Of a stretch of 64,000 nt of DNA, positions 1-9,500 are shown one piece after another. The stretch is from Clostridia bacterium. Its GTDB lineage: Bacteria; Bacillota; Clostridia; Oscillospirales; CAG-382. Numbering within the stretch: position 1 is the first letter of the stretch; every line of letters starts with the position of its first letter. The stretch spans positions 14,260-78,259 of the forward strand of contig JAFSNK010000030.1 in assembly GCA_017447445.1 (NCBI GenBank), given 5' to 3'. The notes beneath the pieces were generated by a model. The model searched no databases, was not told the DNA's origin, and saw nothing but the letters and a program-made list of their open reading frames with translations. Made by a program: the position numbers and the translations under genes.

Positions 1-591
1 CATAAGATAGTCGTATTCCGCCTTTACGTTGACGAGCCGGCCGAGCTTATCCTCCTCCGCCGCCTTCTGCATATCCTCGTAGCGCTTTTCGGTATTGTGG
101 AAATCCGGGATGGTTATGTTGAGCGATTCGGCGTCGAAATCCGAAAGATACATCTGGAATTCGCCGAAAGCGTCGCCCACGGAGCGAAGCAGCATGGGCG
201 TGCTGGCGCTGTCATGAGTTTCGGAATTCACGACGTAAGACATAACGCGCCAGTAATCGCCGTCGTCGGTGATATAGTAATAGTCTCCCTCCGGGCGGAC
301 GTAGAGCTTTATCACCTTGCGGCGTATATCGCGCACGCGATTGTGAAACAGTTTATCCTCGATATGCTTCGTCACCGCGAGTATGTTTTCCGCGACCTCG
401 TTGGGATTGCGGAAAACGTTGTGGTTCAGCCGCTGCACAAGGTACTGGCGCGGGGAGCCGCAGTAGTCGGTAACGATCGAATAGGTGTCGTTGATATTGC
501 CGGATTTGAGCGCGTCGTAATACACGAGCCGCCCTTTGAGCAGGAACGCATCGATTATCTCGTTGATGATTTTAGTGGTTACGCTGTCCAT
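1..591 (-). CDS. N-acetylhexosamine 1-kinase-like kinase (APH/phosphotransferase superfamily). N-terminal part only; the C-terminus runs off the left edge.
   Basis: Hand translation of the minus strand from the ATG at 591, with AGGAGG upstream, gives MDSVTTKIINEIIDAFLLKGRL...GDAFGEFQMYLSDFDAESLNITIPDFHNTEKRYEDMQKAAEEDKLGR. This parallels the NahK/LnpB block as I remember it. The ORF is missing from the track because it is open at the window edge. The listed + ORF 97..639 is its antisense shadow. Confidence 0.7.
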   Translation of the reverse strand, partial: MDSVTTKIINEIIDAFLLKGRLVYYDALKSGNINDTYSIVTDYCGSPRQYLVQRLNHNVFRNPNEVAENILAVTKHIEDKLFHNRVRDIRRKVIKLYVRPEGDYYYITDDGDYWRVMSYVVNSETHDSASTPMLLRSVGDAFGEFQMYLSDFDAESLNITIPDFHNTEKRYEDMQKAAEEDKLGRLVNVKAEYDYLM

Positions 592-628
592 GATAGGCGC
601 GTCCTCCTGAAACGTGATTATTCTTGTG

Positions 629-1381
629 TCAGTCCGTGAAATCTATGAAATAGTGCTGATCCCGGCGGTACGCCGCCTCCGCCTTGCGCCACATCGGCCG
701 CGTTTCGACAAGCCAGCATTCCGCTTTTGAAATAAAGCCGCACCGCAGTTCGTCGCCTTCCAGAAGCGTGGCGAGGCGGTAATAGCACTGCGCGACGCCT
801 TTGAAGTTGTGTGCGCGGCAGCGCAGGGTATGCTTTTTGCCCTCCGCGTCCGTGGCGGCGTATTCCACCGTATCGCCGAAAAGATAATCCGGCACGACAA
901 GCTCTTCCACCGCGTGCATCGAGGTGTTCGGGTTCATTCCGCAGCCGAGGAAGAGTATTTTGCCGCCGAGCAGCATAAGACGGCGGAACGGCGAGTTTTC
1001 GCCGCAGGGAGTTTCGTCGAGTATATGGCCGGAGGTGAGGTATTCCGCGTGCTTTCCGAGCGCGCAGCAGGAATGCGTGGGGTTTACGCTGCGTACAACG
1101 CCTTTTACCGAGGTGCGGAAGTATTCCGGTATCGCGCCGACGCAGGACTTTGTTTCGTAGTAATCAAAAGCCGGGTGCGCGGCGTTGCAGGTGATATAGC
1201 TGAGCGCCGGGAGCATAAGCGTGCCTTCGCTTCCGAGCGCGTCGGCAAGCCCTTCGATAACGTCCGCCGGGGTGAACCCCCCGCCCAGAGATTTAAGCGA
1301 GGAATGCACCAAAAGCGTGTCTCCGGGCGCTATTCCGAGCCGGAGCGCCCCTTCGGAAACGGTTTTCGCTTTTTCGTTCAT
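629..1381 (-). CDS. Aminoglycoside N3-acetyltransferase family protein (AAC(3)/YokD-like)
   Basis: MNEKAKTVSEGALRLGIAPGDTLLVHSSLKSLGGGF...GTLMLPALSY is typical of the AAC(3) family. I trimmed the track ORF 629..1843 to the ATG at 1381. The 154 upstream codons are R/P/S-rich junk overlapping the GH13 gene. This start lies 1 nt after the GH13 stop. Confidence 0.8.
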   Translation of the reverse strand: MNEKAKTVSEGALRLGIAPGDTLLVHSSLKSLGGGFTPADVIEGLADALGSEGTLMLPALSYITCNAAHPAFDYYETKSCVGAIPEYFRTSVKGVVRSVNPTHSCCALGKHAEYLTSGHILDETPCGENSPFRRLMLLGGKILFLGCGMNPNTSMHAVEELVVPDYLFGDTVEYAATDAEGKKHTLRCRAHNFKGVAQCYYRLATLLEGDELRCGFISKAECWLVETRPMWRKAEAAYRRDQHYFIDFTD

Positions 1382-1382
1382 A

Positions 1383-3233
1383 TTATTCCCCTTCCGTAAG
1401 TATAAGAGTGCTTTCGCCGGGAACCGACACGGTGTTTTCGTATACCGTTCCGGTGATCGCGTCCGCCGCCGGGGCGGACAGCTTGTATTCGACCGGGGCT
1501 TCGCCCGCGTTCGAAACGGCGGTGAGCTTTTTGCTGCCGTCGCCGCGAACGATCTCCACACAGCCCGCGCATATCTCCCGCGCGGAAACGAACGGCAGCG
1601 TGAAGTGACCGCGGTGTTCTTTACGCGCGTTGTTGACCTTTGCGAAGTTCCGCGAGAACGGGTCGGAAAAACCGCTTGGCGGGAAGGGGCGGCGGTTGAA
1701 CGGATCGTGCGCGCCCTCCATGGCGATCTCGTCGCCGTAGTATATGCAGGGCATACCCGGCATGGCGGCAAGCAGAGTATAGGCGCAGACGAGCAGTTTT
1801 TTCGCCCTCTCGCGCGCAGACGGAGAAAGCCGTTTTGACGCAAGCACGGGATTGGGCGAGCAATCGCCCCCGTCTCCCCCGAGCACGGTGGTTATGCGCT
1901 CGGTATCGTGCGAGCCGAGGAAATTAAGAAGAAGCTGCTGGTTTGCGAACGGATAATGGCGCGCCAGAGTGCGCACTGTGCGAATAAGAAGTCCGGTTTC
2001 TCCGGTGGTGACGAAATCGATGATCGCGTTGCGGAGCGGGTAGTTCGTGACAGAATCGAGCTGGAAACCGCGGAAATACTTTTTCCGTTCGCCGTATGCC
2101 GATTTGTTCGAAGCGTCCTCCCAGACCTCGCCGATGACGATGGCTTCCGGGTCGCATTCCTTCACCGCGGCGGTGATCTCGCTTAAAAAATCGGATTCGA
2201 GCTCGTCGACCACGTCGAGCCGCCAGCCGTCGATCCCCATTTCCATATAATGCGGGATCACGCGCTTGGTTATGAAATCGCGGTATTCGCGGCAGCGCAC
2301 GGTCCGCGGCAGGTTCTTTATCCCCCACCAGCAGGCGTATTCGTTTGGATAATCGGTAAAATCGAACCACTTGTAATAGGGCGAATCCTCGGAATCGCAG
2401 GCGCCGTTTCCGTAACGGCCGAGGCGGTCGAAATAAACGCTGTCGTCGCCGACGTGGTTGAACACGCCGTCGAGAATAACGGATATGCCGTTTTCGTGCG
2501 CGGTTTTAACAAACGCGCGCAGCGCCTCGTCGCCGCCGAAGCTGCCGTCGACTTTAAGATAATCCGCCGTGTCGTATTTGTGGTTGGAATACGCTTCGCA
2601 GATCGGGTTGAAATAGACGCAGGTCACGCCGAGCGAGCTTAAATAAGGTATTTTTCCGGCGGCACCCCAAAGCGTCCCGCCGAAGTGAGTGTTGTTTTTG
2701 AACGCGTCGCCCGCGCGGGCGGGATATTCCGGTATGCCGTGCTCCCAGTCGCCGTCGTAAACGGCTTCGGGCTTTTTTTCGCTTTTGCCGCCGGGGGCGA
2801 ACCGGTCCGGGAATATCTGGTACACGGCGCCGCCGAAAAACTTTTGCGGCGCTTTGTAGTTCCCCGCGTAGACGAGGAACTGCGTTTCGTTTACGAATTT
2901 ATCGGATATATAGCAATCCCCGTTGCCGTCGAACGCGGTGCAGCGGCGCTCCCCCGCCCCGTTTATGAATTCGAAGTGGCAGAAGAACAGCCCGGTATGT
3001 CCGGTGAGCGACGCGGTGTCGAGCGACGCTTTCGCCGAAAAGCCCTCCTCCGCGTAGACCACCTTCGCTTCGGTCTGAACGAGCACGCGTTCGTCGTCGC
3101 CGATATACAGCCACGCTTCGGAACACGTCTCGCCGAGTACCGAAAGGACGAACTCCGCCTGCCTGTGCTTGCGGAAGGCGAAGCAGCCCTTCGGCGTGCC
3201 TTCGGCGCGTATGTCGAAAACGGCGCGGCTCAT
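1383..3233 (-). CDS. GH13 alpha-glucan hydrolase (neopullulanase/cyclomaltodextrinase-like)
   Basis: GH13 conserved regions are present: VILDGVFNHVG, GWRLDVVDEL, IVIGEVWEDA and FLGSHDTERI. It is the last carbohydrate gene of the glg operon. Confidence 0.85.
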   Translation of the reverse strand: MSRAVFDIRAEGTPKGCFAFRKHRQAEFVLSVLGETCSEAWLYIGDDERVLVQTEAKVVYAEEGFSAKASLDTASLTGHTGLFFCHFEFINGAGERRCTAFDGNGDCYISDKFVNETQFLVYAGNYKAPQKFFGGAVYQIFPDRFAPGGKSEKKPEAVYDGDWEHGIPEYPARAGDAFKNNTHFGGTLWGAAGKIPYLSSLGVTCVYFNPICEAYSNHKYDTADYLKVDGSFGGDEALRAFVKTAHENGISVILDGVFNHVGDDSVYFDRLGRYGNGACDSEDSPYYKWFDFTDYPNEYACWWGIKNLPRTVRCREYRDFITKRVIPHYMEMGIDGWRLDVVDELESDFLSEITAAVKECDPEAIVIGEVWEDASNKSAYGERKKYFRGFQLDSVTNYPLRNAIIDFVTTGETGLLIRTVRTLARHYPFANQQLLLNFLGSHDTERITTVLGGDGGDCSPNPVLASKRLSPSARERAKKLLVCAYTLLAAMPGMPCIYYGDEIAMEGAHDPFNRRPFPPSGFSDPFSRNFAKVNNARKEHRGHFTLPFVSAREICAGCVEIVRGDGSKKLTAVSNAGEAPVEYKLSAPAADAITGTVYENTVSVPGESTLILTEGE

Positions 3234-5665
3234 TATTCGGTAACTACCGGTTCGGCGTGCCAGATCCTGTCGGCGTATTCCTTAACGCTTCTGTCGGCGG
3301 CAAAGAACCCGGCGGACGCGATATTCATAAGCGACATCCTGTTCCATTCGTGCCTGTCGGCGTAGGCGGCGAACATCTTGCGGCGCGCCTCGGTGTAGAA
3401 ATCGAAGTCCGCGAGGCACATGAACGGGTCGGAAACGCCGTGCGAATAAAGCAGATAATCGGCAATATCGCCGAACCTGCGGCCGTTGAAGCCGATCTGC
3501 AGATAATCGACCGCGCGCTTGAGCGATTCGTTGCGGTTATAATAATAGGAAGAAGCGTAGCCCTTGTGCCAGAGCTCCTCCACCTCCGTGGCGGTATGCC
3601 CGAAGATGAAGATGTTGTCCGTGCCGAGCCGTTCCGCCATTTCGACGTTCGCGCCGTCGAGCGTACCGATAGTGACCGCGCCGTTGATCATAAATTTCAT
3701 ATTGCCGGTGCCGCTGGCTTCCTTTCCGGCAAGCGAGATCTGCTCGCTTATCTCCGCGGCGGGCATAAGGTTTTCCGCAAGCGTCACGTTGTAGTTTTCG
3801 AGGAACACGACGCGCAGCTTTTCGCGGACGGCAGGATCTTTTTCGATCTCCGCGCCGAGATAGCAGATAAGGCGGATTATATCCTTCGCGGTGTAATACC
3901 CCGGCGCCGCCTTTGCGGCGAATATGAACGTGGTGGGGGTTATATCCGCGTTCGGATCGTCCTTGAGTTTAAGATAAAGCGTTATGATATTGAGCGCGTT
4001 GAGGAGCTGGCGTTTGTATTCGTGCATACGCTTTGCCTGGACGTCGAACACCGAAGCCGGGTCGATGACCGCGTTGTGGTTCCTGCGCACGTATTCCGCG
4101 AAGTCCTCCTTGTTGCTCTTTTTAATGCTTTCGAGCTGCGCGAGCACGGAGGCGTCGGTAGCGAAAGCGGCAAAATCGGAAAGCTTTTCAGGTTCGTTCC
4201 TGTAGGCGGGCCCTATGGTCGAATCGAGCAGCGAGGCGAGGCGCGGGTTGGAATAGCAAAGCCATTTGCGGTGCGCGATGCCGTTGGTTACGTTGGTGAA
4301 CCTTTCGGGATAAATGTCCGCGAAATCCTTAAATATATTCTTTTTAAGGATATCCGAATGCAGGCGGGAAACGCCGTTTACGGTATGCGAGCCGATAACC
4401 GAAAGGTTTGCCATCTTCACGCTGCCGGAATTGAGTATCGCCATACGGCTGATCTTGTCCCAGTCGCCGGTGAAGGCGTTCCACGCGTCGGCGCAGAAGC
4501 GGCGGTTGATCTCGCGGATTATCATATAAATACGCGGGAGCTTGAACTGGAACAGCTTTTCGTCCCAGCATTCGAGCGCTTCGGGAAGCACGGTGTGGTT
4601 GGTGTAGGATATCGTGCGGAGCGTGATATCCCACGCCTGCTCCCAAGAGGTGTGGTGATCGTCGATGAGTATACGCATAAGCTCCGGTATGCAGAGCGCG
4701 GGATGCGTATCGTTTATATGGATCGCGATCTTATCGGGTATCGAATCGATGCTCTTATAGCGGTGCAGGTGCTTTTTGATTATGTTCTGCAGCGAGGCGG
4801 AGCAGAGGAAATACTGCTGGGTGAGCCGCAGAAGCTTGCCTTCGTGGTGATTGTCGGCGGGATAGAGCACCTTCGAGATCGTCTCCGCCATGGTGTTCTC
4901 CTCGACGGCTTTCATATACTGCCCCTGCGAGAACGCCTCCATATTGAAATCGTGCACGTCGCGCGCGCGCCAGAGTCGAAGAACGTTTACCGCCTCGGTG
5001 CCGCTGCCGCCGGAAATGAACATATCGAAGGGGACCGCCTCGACCTCGCTGCAGTTCTCATAGATTATATCGCAGTGGCCGTCGCGCCATTCCTCGCGCA
5101 CGGTGCCGCCGAAGCGCACGGTGAAAGCCCTGTCCTGCCGGGGCACGAGCCAGCAATCGGCCTCCGGGAGCCAGACGTCCGGGAGCTCGAGCTGTTCGCC
5201 GTCGACAAGACGCTGCTTGAACAGACCGTATTCATAAAGTATGCAGTAGCCGCGCGCGGGATAGTTCTGCGAGGTGAGCGCGTCCATATAGCAGGCGGCG
5301 AGTCTGCCCAGACCGCCGTTGCCGAGCCCCGGATCGGGCTCGTGGGTATAGAGCTCGTCAAGCGAAAAGCCCATTTCCGCAAGCACCTCGCGGTAGAGCG
5401 ATTCGATTCCGAGATTGCAGAGATGCAGTTTTAACGACCTGCCGACGAGGAACTCCATACACATATAATAGACCTGCTTGGCTTCCTTCCTGCCGGCGGC
5501 TTCGGAGAAGCGTTTGTTCTTTTCGGCGAGCAGATCGCGCACCGAAAGCACGGCCGCGCGGAACATCTGCACCTGGTCCGCTTCGGATTCGCTGATTCCG
5601 AAATAGCGGCTGAGTTTGCCGCGGATGGATTCGCGGATGAATCCGGGATTCTTGTAGTCTGTCAT
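3233..5665 (-). CDS. glgP: Glycogen/maltodextrin phosphorylase
   Basis: The 810-aa product carries the PLP-site block EASGTGNMKFMINGA and GLGNGGLGRLAAC. Confidence 0.95.
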   Translation of the reverse strand: MTDYKNPGFIRESIRGKLSRYFGISESEADQVQMFRAAVLSVRDLLAEKNKRFSEAAGRKEAKQVYYMCMEFLVGRSLKLHLCNLGIESLYREVLAEMGFSLDELYTHEPDPGLGNGGLGRLAACYMDALTSQNYPARGYCILYEYGLFKQRLVDGEQLELPDVWLPEADCWLVPRQDRAFTVRFGGTVREEWRDGHCDIIYENCSEVEAVPFDMFISGGSGTEAVNVLRLWRARDVHDFNMEAFSQGQYMKAVEENTMAETISKVLYPADNHHEGKLLRLTQQYFLCSASLQNIIKKHLHRYKSIDSIPDKIAIHINDTHPALCIPELMRILIDDHHTSWEQAWDITLRTISYTNHTVLPEALECWDEKLFQFKLPRIYMIIREINRRFCADAWNAFTGDWDKISRMAILNSGSVKMANLSVIGSHTVNGVSRLHSDILKKNIFKDFADIYPERFTNVTNGIAHRKWLCYSNPRLASLLDSTIGPAYRNEPEKLSDFAAFATDASVLAQLESIKKSNKEDFAEYVRRNHNAVIDPASVFDVQAKRMHEYKRQLLNALNIITLYLKLKDDPNADITPTTFIFAAKAAPGYYTAKDIIRLICYLGAEIEKDPAVREKLRVVFLENYNVTLAENLMPAAEISEQISLAGKEASGTGNMKFMINGAVTIGTLDGANVEMAERLGTDNIFIFGHTATEVEELWHKGYASSYYYNRNESLKRAVDYLQIGFNGRRFGDIADYLLYSHGVSDPFMCLADFDFYTEARRKMFAAYADRHEWNRMSLMNIASAGFFAADRSVKEYADRIWHAEPVVTE

Positions 5666-5695
5666 AAAAACTTTTCCTTATAAAATATAGTTTAT

Positions 5696-7123
5696 TTACA
5701 AAAGCGTGGCGTAAAGCGCGGTATATTCCGCCGCGCTCTTCTTCCAACTGAAGTCGGTGCGCATTACCTTTTTGCGTAGCTTTTCGAAGAATTCGCGGTC
5801 GTCGTAATACATTTTAAGCGCTCGGTCGACCGAATGCATAAGTTCGTAGGAGCTGTACGCGGCGAAGGTGAAGCCGTTGCCGCCCCCGGGCGAGCCGACG
5901 TCCTTTATGCTGTCGTAGAGCCCGCCGGTCTCGTGGATCACCGGCACGGCGCCGTAGCGTGAAGCGATCATCTGCGCGAGACCGCAGGGTTCGCTGCGCG
6001 AAGGCATAAGGAACAGGTCGCTTGCCGCGTAGATGCGTTTGGAAAGCGCGCGGTCGTAGGTTATGAGCGCGCGGCATTTATCGCCGAAGCGGTAGGCGAG
6101 CGAGCCGAAGTAATTTTCGTATCCCTGTTCGCCTTTTCCGAGTACGACGAACTGTATTTCGCGCTTCATAAGCTCTTCTCCGGCGAGCATTACCAGATCG
6201 AGCCCCTTGTGCCCGACGAGGCGGGATATGACCGCGACTATCGGAACGTCCTTTTCCGGCAAGCCGAGTTCGCGCCGGAGCGCGGCTTTGCATTCCGCCT
6301 TGCCCTCCGGCTTGCGCCAGGAGTAGTGCGCCGCGATCTCTTTATCCTTCGCGGGGTTGTAATAGGACGTGTCGATGCCGTTTAGAATGCCGGAAAGCTT
6401 GAAATAGAACCTGTCCAGCACCCCGTCGAGCCCGTGCGAGAAGCGGGGGCTGCGAATCTCCAGCGCGTAGGTGGGAGAAACGGTGGTGACGCGGTCGGCG
6501 CAGACGATGCCGCCCTTGAGCAGATTTATATCGCCGTCGTATTCGACTATCTCGTAGTCCGAGGGCATAAGCCCGAACACGTCGCCGAGTATAGCAAAGC
6601 CGAAAATGCCCTGATACTGTATATTGTGTATCGTCATGACCGCCTTTATCCCGGCGTAGCGGGCGTCCGCGCGCGAATAGTACTGTTTTAGGTAGATCAC
6701 GCTTAAAGCGGCGTGCCAGTCGTGGGCGTGGAGTATATCCGGGAAGAATCCGATCTCCGGCAGTATCTCCAGCGCGGCACGGCAGAAGAAGGCGAACCTT
6801 TCGCCGTCGTCGTATTCGCCGTAGAGCCGCGGACGGGCGAAATAGTATTCGTTATCCAGAAAATAGAAGGTGACGCCGTTGTGAACGAAACTGAATATCC
6901 CGCAATACTGGCTGCGCCAGGCGAGTTTAACGGTCATCGCCTTGATGAATGTGAATTTTTCGCGCCATTCGCGCCCTATCGCGGAATAAAGCGGCATTAC
7001 CACGCGGACGTCGGTCCCGGCGTCCTCTTTCGCGAGCGCGGCGGGCAGAGAACCGATAACGTCGCCCAGACCGCCGGACGAGGCGAACGGGAGCGCTTCT
7101 CCGGCAACGTACAGAATCTTCAT
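5696..7123 (-). CDS. glgA: Glycogen synthase (ADP-glucose type)
   Basis: The N-terminus MKILYVAGEALPFASSGGLGDV and the 475-aa length fit GT5. Confidence 0.95.
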   Translation of the reverse strand: MKILYVAGEALPFASSGGLGDVIGSLPAALAKEDAGTDVRVVMPLYSAIGREWREKFTFIKAMTVKLAWRSQYCGIFSFVHNGVTFYFLDNEYYFARPRLYGEYDDGERFAFFCRAALEILPEIGFFPDILHAHDWHAALSVIYLKQYYSRADARYAGIKAVMTIHNIQYQGIFGFAILGDVFGLMPSDYEIVEYDGDINLLKGGIVCADRVTTVSPTYALEIRSPRFSHGLDGVLDRFYFKLSGILNGIDTSYYNPAKDKEIAAHYSWRKPEGKAECKAALRRELGLPEKDVPIVAVISRLVGHKGLDLVMLAGEELMKREIQFVVLGKGEQGYENYFGSLAYRFGDKCRALITYDRALSKRIYAASDLFLMPSRSEPCGLAQMIASRYGAVPVIHETGGLYDSIKDVGSPGGGNGFTFAAYSSYELMHSVDRALKMYYDDREFFEKLRKKVMRTDFSWKKSAAEYTALYATLL

Positions 7124-7155
7124 AATATCATATACTCCTGATCAAAGTGCCTTTA

Positions 7156-8286
7156 TCATACGCTGCCGTTTTTTCCGATGAAGAACGGAAGCGTTTCGTG
7201 CCCGGAAAGCACGCGCCCGTCGCGGATGACGGCGTTTTTATCCGTTACCACGCAGTTGAGGTAGACGTTGCTTCCGGTGAAGGTGTCCTGCATAAGGATG
7301 CAGTTCTTTACGTGGGTGTTCTTGCCGATCTTTACCCCGCGGAAGATAATGGAGTTTTCGACCGTGCCTTCGATAACGCAGCCGTCGGCGATGAGCGAAT
7401 TGCGAACCACGGAGCCGTTTATATAGGTGGAGGGCGCGGAATTGCGCACCTTTGTGAGCACGGGGCGGTTGCGCACGGCAAACAGCGAGCGCCTTATATC
7501 CGGATCGAGCAGGTCCATACTGCAGCGGTAATATTCGGTAAGATCGCTTACGCGGGCAAAATAGCCGTCGAAGCGGAACACGCGGCAGTCGCCGCCTTCC
7601 GAAGTGCGCAGTTGAATGTATTTTATAAGGTCGCGGTACCCGCGGGAGATGGCGGCGTTGATCGCCTCGGTGATAAAGCGTTTCCCGGTGACGAGCAGTT
7701 TGAGCGAAACGTCGGCGTAGCCGCCGGGCATACCCAAACTGTCGATCATATCGGTGATCCTGCCGTCGGGCGCGGAGGCGACGACCGTGAGATTTCTCGT
7801 GCCGTCGGTTAGATAGGCGGTTTTAACCGCGAGCGTGACTTCCGCGCCGGATTCGACGTGGCTTCTGATCATCGAATCGAGATCGAGGTTGCATACGCTG
7901 TCGCAGTCGGAGAGGACGAAAAGGTCCTCCTTGCATTCATAGATGAAATCGCGCACGCCGACGAGCGCTTCGAGCCAGGTGCTCCATAGCTGTGCGGCGC
8001 CGCTTCCGGTGAAAGCGGTGACGAACGGCGGGAGCAGGTGGAAGCCGCCGCGCCTGCGCGCAAGGTCCCAGTCCTTGCCGGAGCCGATATGGTCCATAAG
8101 CGACTGGTAGTTATAGTGTGTGATAAGCCCGACGTGGGTTATCCCCGCGTTTACAAGATTGGAAAGCGTGAAGTCGATGAGACGGTAACGGCAGCCGAAC
8201 GGCACCGAAGCCATCGTGCGCTCCTTTGTGAGCTCGTGCACCGAATTTTCGTTTATTCCGGAAAACAGAATGCCTACCGCGTTCAT
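7156..8286 (-). CDS. glgD: Glucose-1-phosphate adenylyltransferase regulatory subunit GlgD
   Basis: This is a GlgC paralogue with a degenerate N-terminal nucleotide loop. It sits directly after glgC with a 4-nt overlap, the usual Firmicute glgC-glgD arrangement. Confidence 0.85.
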   Translation of the reverse strand: MNAVGILFSGINENSVHELTKERTMASVPFGCRYRLIDFTLSNLVNAGITHVGLITHYNYQSLMDHIGSGKDWDLARRRGGFHLLPPFVTAFTGSGAAQLWSTWLEALVGVRDFIYECKEDLFVLSDCDSVCNLDLDSMIRSHVESGAEVTLAVKTAYLTDGTRNLTVVASAPDGRITDMIDSLGMPGGYADVSLKLLVTGKRFITEAINAAISRGYRDLIKYIQLRTSEGGDCRVFRFDGYFARVSDLTEYYRCSMDLLDPDIRRSLFAVRNRPVLTKVRNSAPSTYINGSVVRNSLIADGCVIEGTVENSIIFRGVKIGKNTHVKNCILMQDTFTGSNVYLNCVVTDKNAVIRDGRVLSGHETLPFFIGKNGSV

Positions 8287-9500
8287 TTATTTTTGCCTCC
8301 CGATAATTCTTTTATCATATCCGCGCCGCAGATCGCGCCGTCGGGCACCGTGACGCCGTCCGGCAGGCAGAGCCCGCCGCCGACGAGCGTTATCCCCTTC
8401 GCCAGCGCCATTTCCGCGCCGACCTTGGCGCCTTTGCCCACGACGGTGTCGGCGTCGATGACCGAATAATCCACCTCGGCGTCGGATTCTACCGTGACGT
8501 TGCCGAAGATGACGCTGTCGCGCACGACCGCGCCGCGTTCCACGCACACGCCCGCCGAAAGCACGGAATTGATCACCGTGCCGTATATCTCGCAGCCCTC
8601 GGTGATTATCGAATTGTTTATCACGGCGCCGGAGCCGACGTAATGAGGCGGCATCGCGTCATTTCGTGAGAACATACGCCAGTTTTTATCGCGCAGGGTG
8701 AGCACCGGGCGTTCGCCGAGCAGGTCCATATTGGCTTCCCACAGACTGTTAATCGTCCCGACGTCCTTCCAGTAGCCCTTGAATTCGTAGGCGAATAGCT
8801 TTTCGCCCGCGTTGAGCATCGCGGGGATGACGTTTTTGCCGAAATCCTTTTCGCTCTTCTCGTCCGCCTCGTCCGCTTCCAGATAAGCGGCGAGCTTTGC
8901 GCGGTCGAAGACGTAGACGCCCATCGAGGCCTTGGTGCTCTTGGGCTGCTTCGGCTTTTCGGTGAATTCCACCACGCGGTTGTTTTCGCCCAGAGTCATT
9001 ATCCCGAACCGCGAAGCTTCCGCAAGCGGCACGTCGAACACGGCGATGGTGCAGTCGGCGCCGGAATGCTTGTGGGCGGAGATCATATCGGCGTAATCCA
9101 TTTTGTATATATGGTCGCCCGAAAGGATGACCACGTAGTCCGGGTCGAATTTATCTATGAACTGCAGGTTCTGATAGATGGCGTTCGCGGTGCCCTTGTA
9201 CCAGTCCGCGCGCTTGTTCATCTGGTAGGGAGGCAGCAGGGTGACGCCGCCGTAGGTCCTGTCGAGGTCCCAGGGCTGGCCGTTGCCTATATACTCGTTG
9301 AGCGCGAGCGGCTGATACTGCGTGAGCACGCCGACGGTGTCGATACCGGAGTTTATGCAGTTGGAAAGCGGAAAATCGATAATGCGGTATTTGCCGCCGA
9401 ACGTGACCGCGGGCTTGGCGGTGCGCTCGGTAAGCAGATGAAGGCGGCTTCCCTGCCCGCCGGCAAGCAGCATCGCCACGGTTTCCTTCTTTTTGATCAT
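8283..9500 (-). CDS. glgC: Glucose-1-phosphate adenylyltransferase
   Basis: [42 protein letters not shown] is present, followed by a left-handed beta-helix C-terminus. Confidence 0.95.
   Translation of the reverse strand: MIKKKETVAMLLAGGQGSRLHLLTERTAKPAVTFGGKYRIIDFPLSNCINSGIDTVGVLTQYQPLALNEYIGNGQPWDLDRTYGGVTLLPPYQMNKRADWYKGTANAIYQNLQFIDKFDPDYVVILSGDHIYKMDYADMISAHKHSGADCTIAVFDVPLAEASRFGIMTLGENNRVVEFTEKPKQPKSTKASMGVYVFDRAKLAAYLEADEADEKSEKDFGKNVIPAMLNAGEKLFAYEFKGYWKDVGTINSLWEANMDLLGERPVLTLRDKNWRMFSRNDAMPPHYVGSGAVINNSIITEGCEIYGTVINSVLSAGVCVERGAVVRDSVIFGNVTVESDAEVDYSVIDADTVVGKGAKVGAEMALAKGITLVGGGLCLPDGVTVPDGAICGADMIKELSGGKNK

Noticed and set aside
97-639. 180-aa plus-strand ORF at the left edge
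   Set aside because: The opposite strand encodes a convincing NahK-like kinase N-terminus with an AGGAGG RBS. The plus-frame product has no recognisable features.
1382-1843. N-terminal 154-codon extension of the AAC(3) ORF (track start 1843)
   Set aside because: The extension overlaps the GH13 gene in another frame and is R/P/S/T-rich. Family homology begins only at the ATG at 1381.
3257-5434. 725-aa plus-strand ORF, plus similar long antisense ORFs at 18977..20218, 20255..21640, 23487..24587, 24811..25950, 35930..36964, 39840..40979, 41088..42353 and 61583..62560
   Set aside because: Each mirrors a confidently identified gene (glgP, ftsZ, ftsQ/murG, mraY, murF, the acyl-CoA ligase, fba, pfp and the M23 peptidase). 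They are stop-poor antisense frames of GC-rich coding DNA.
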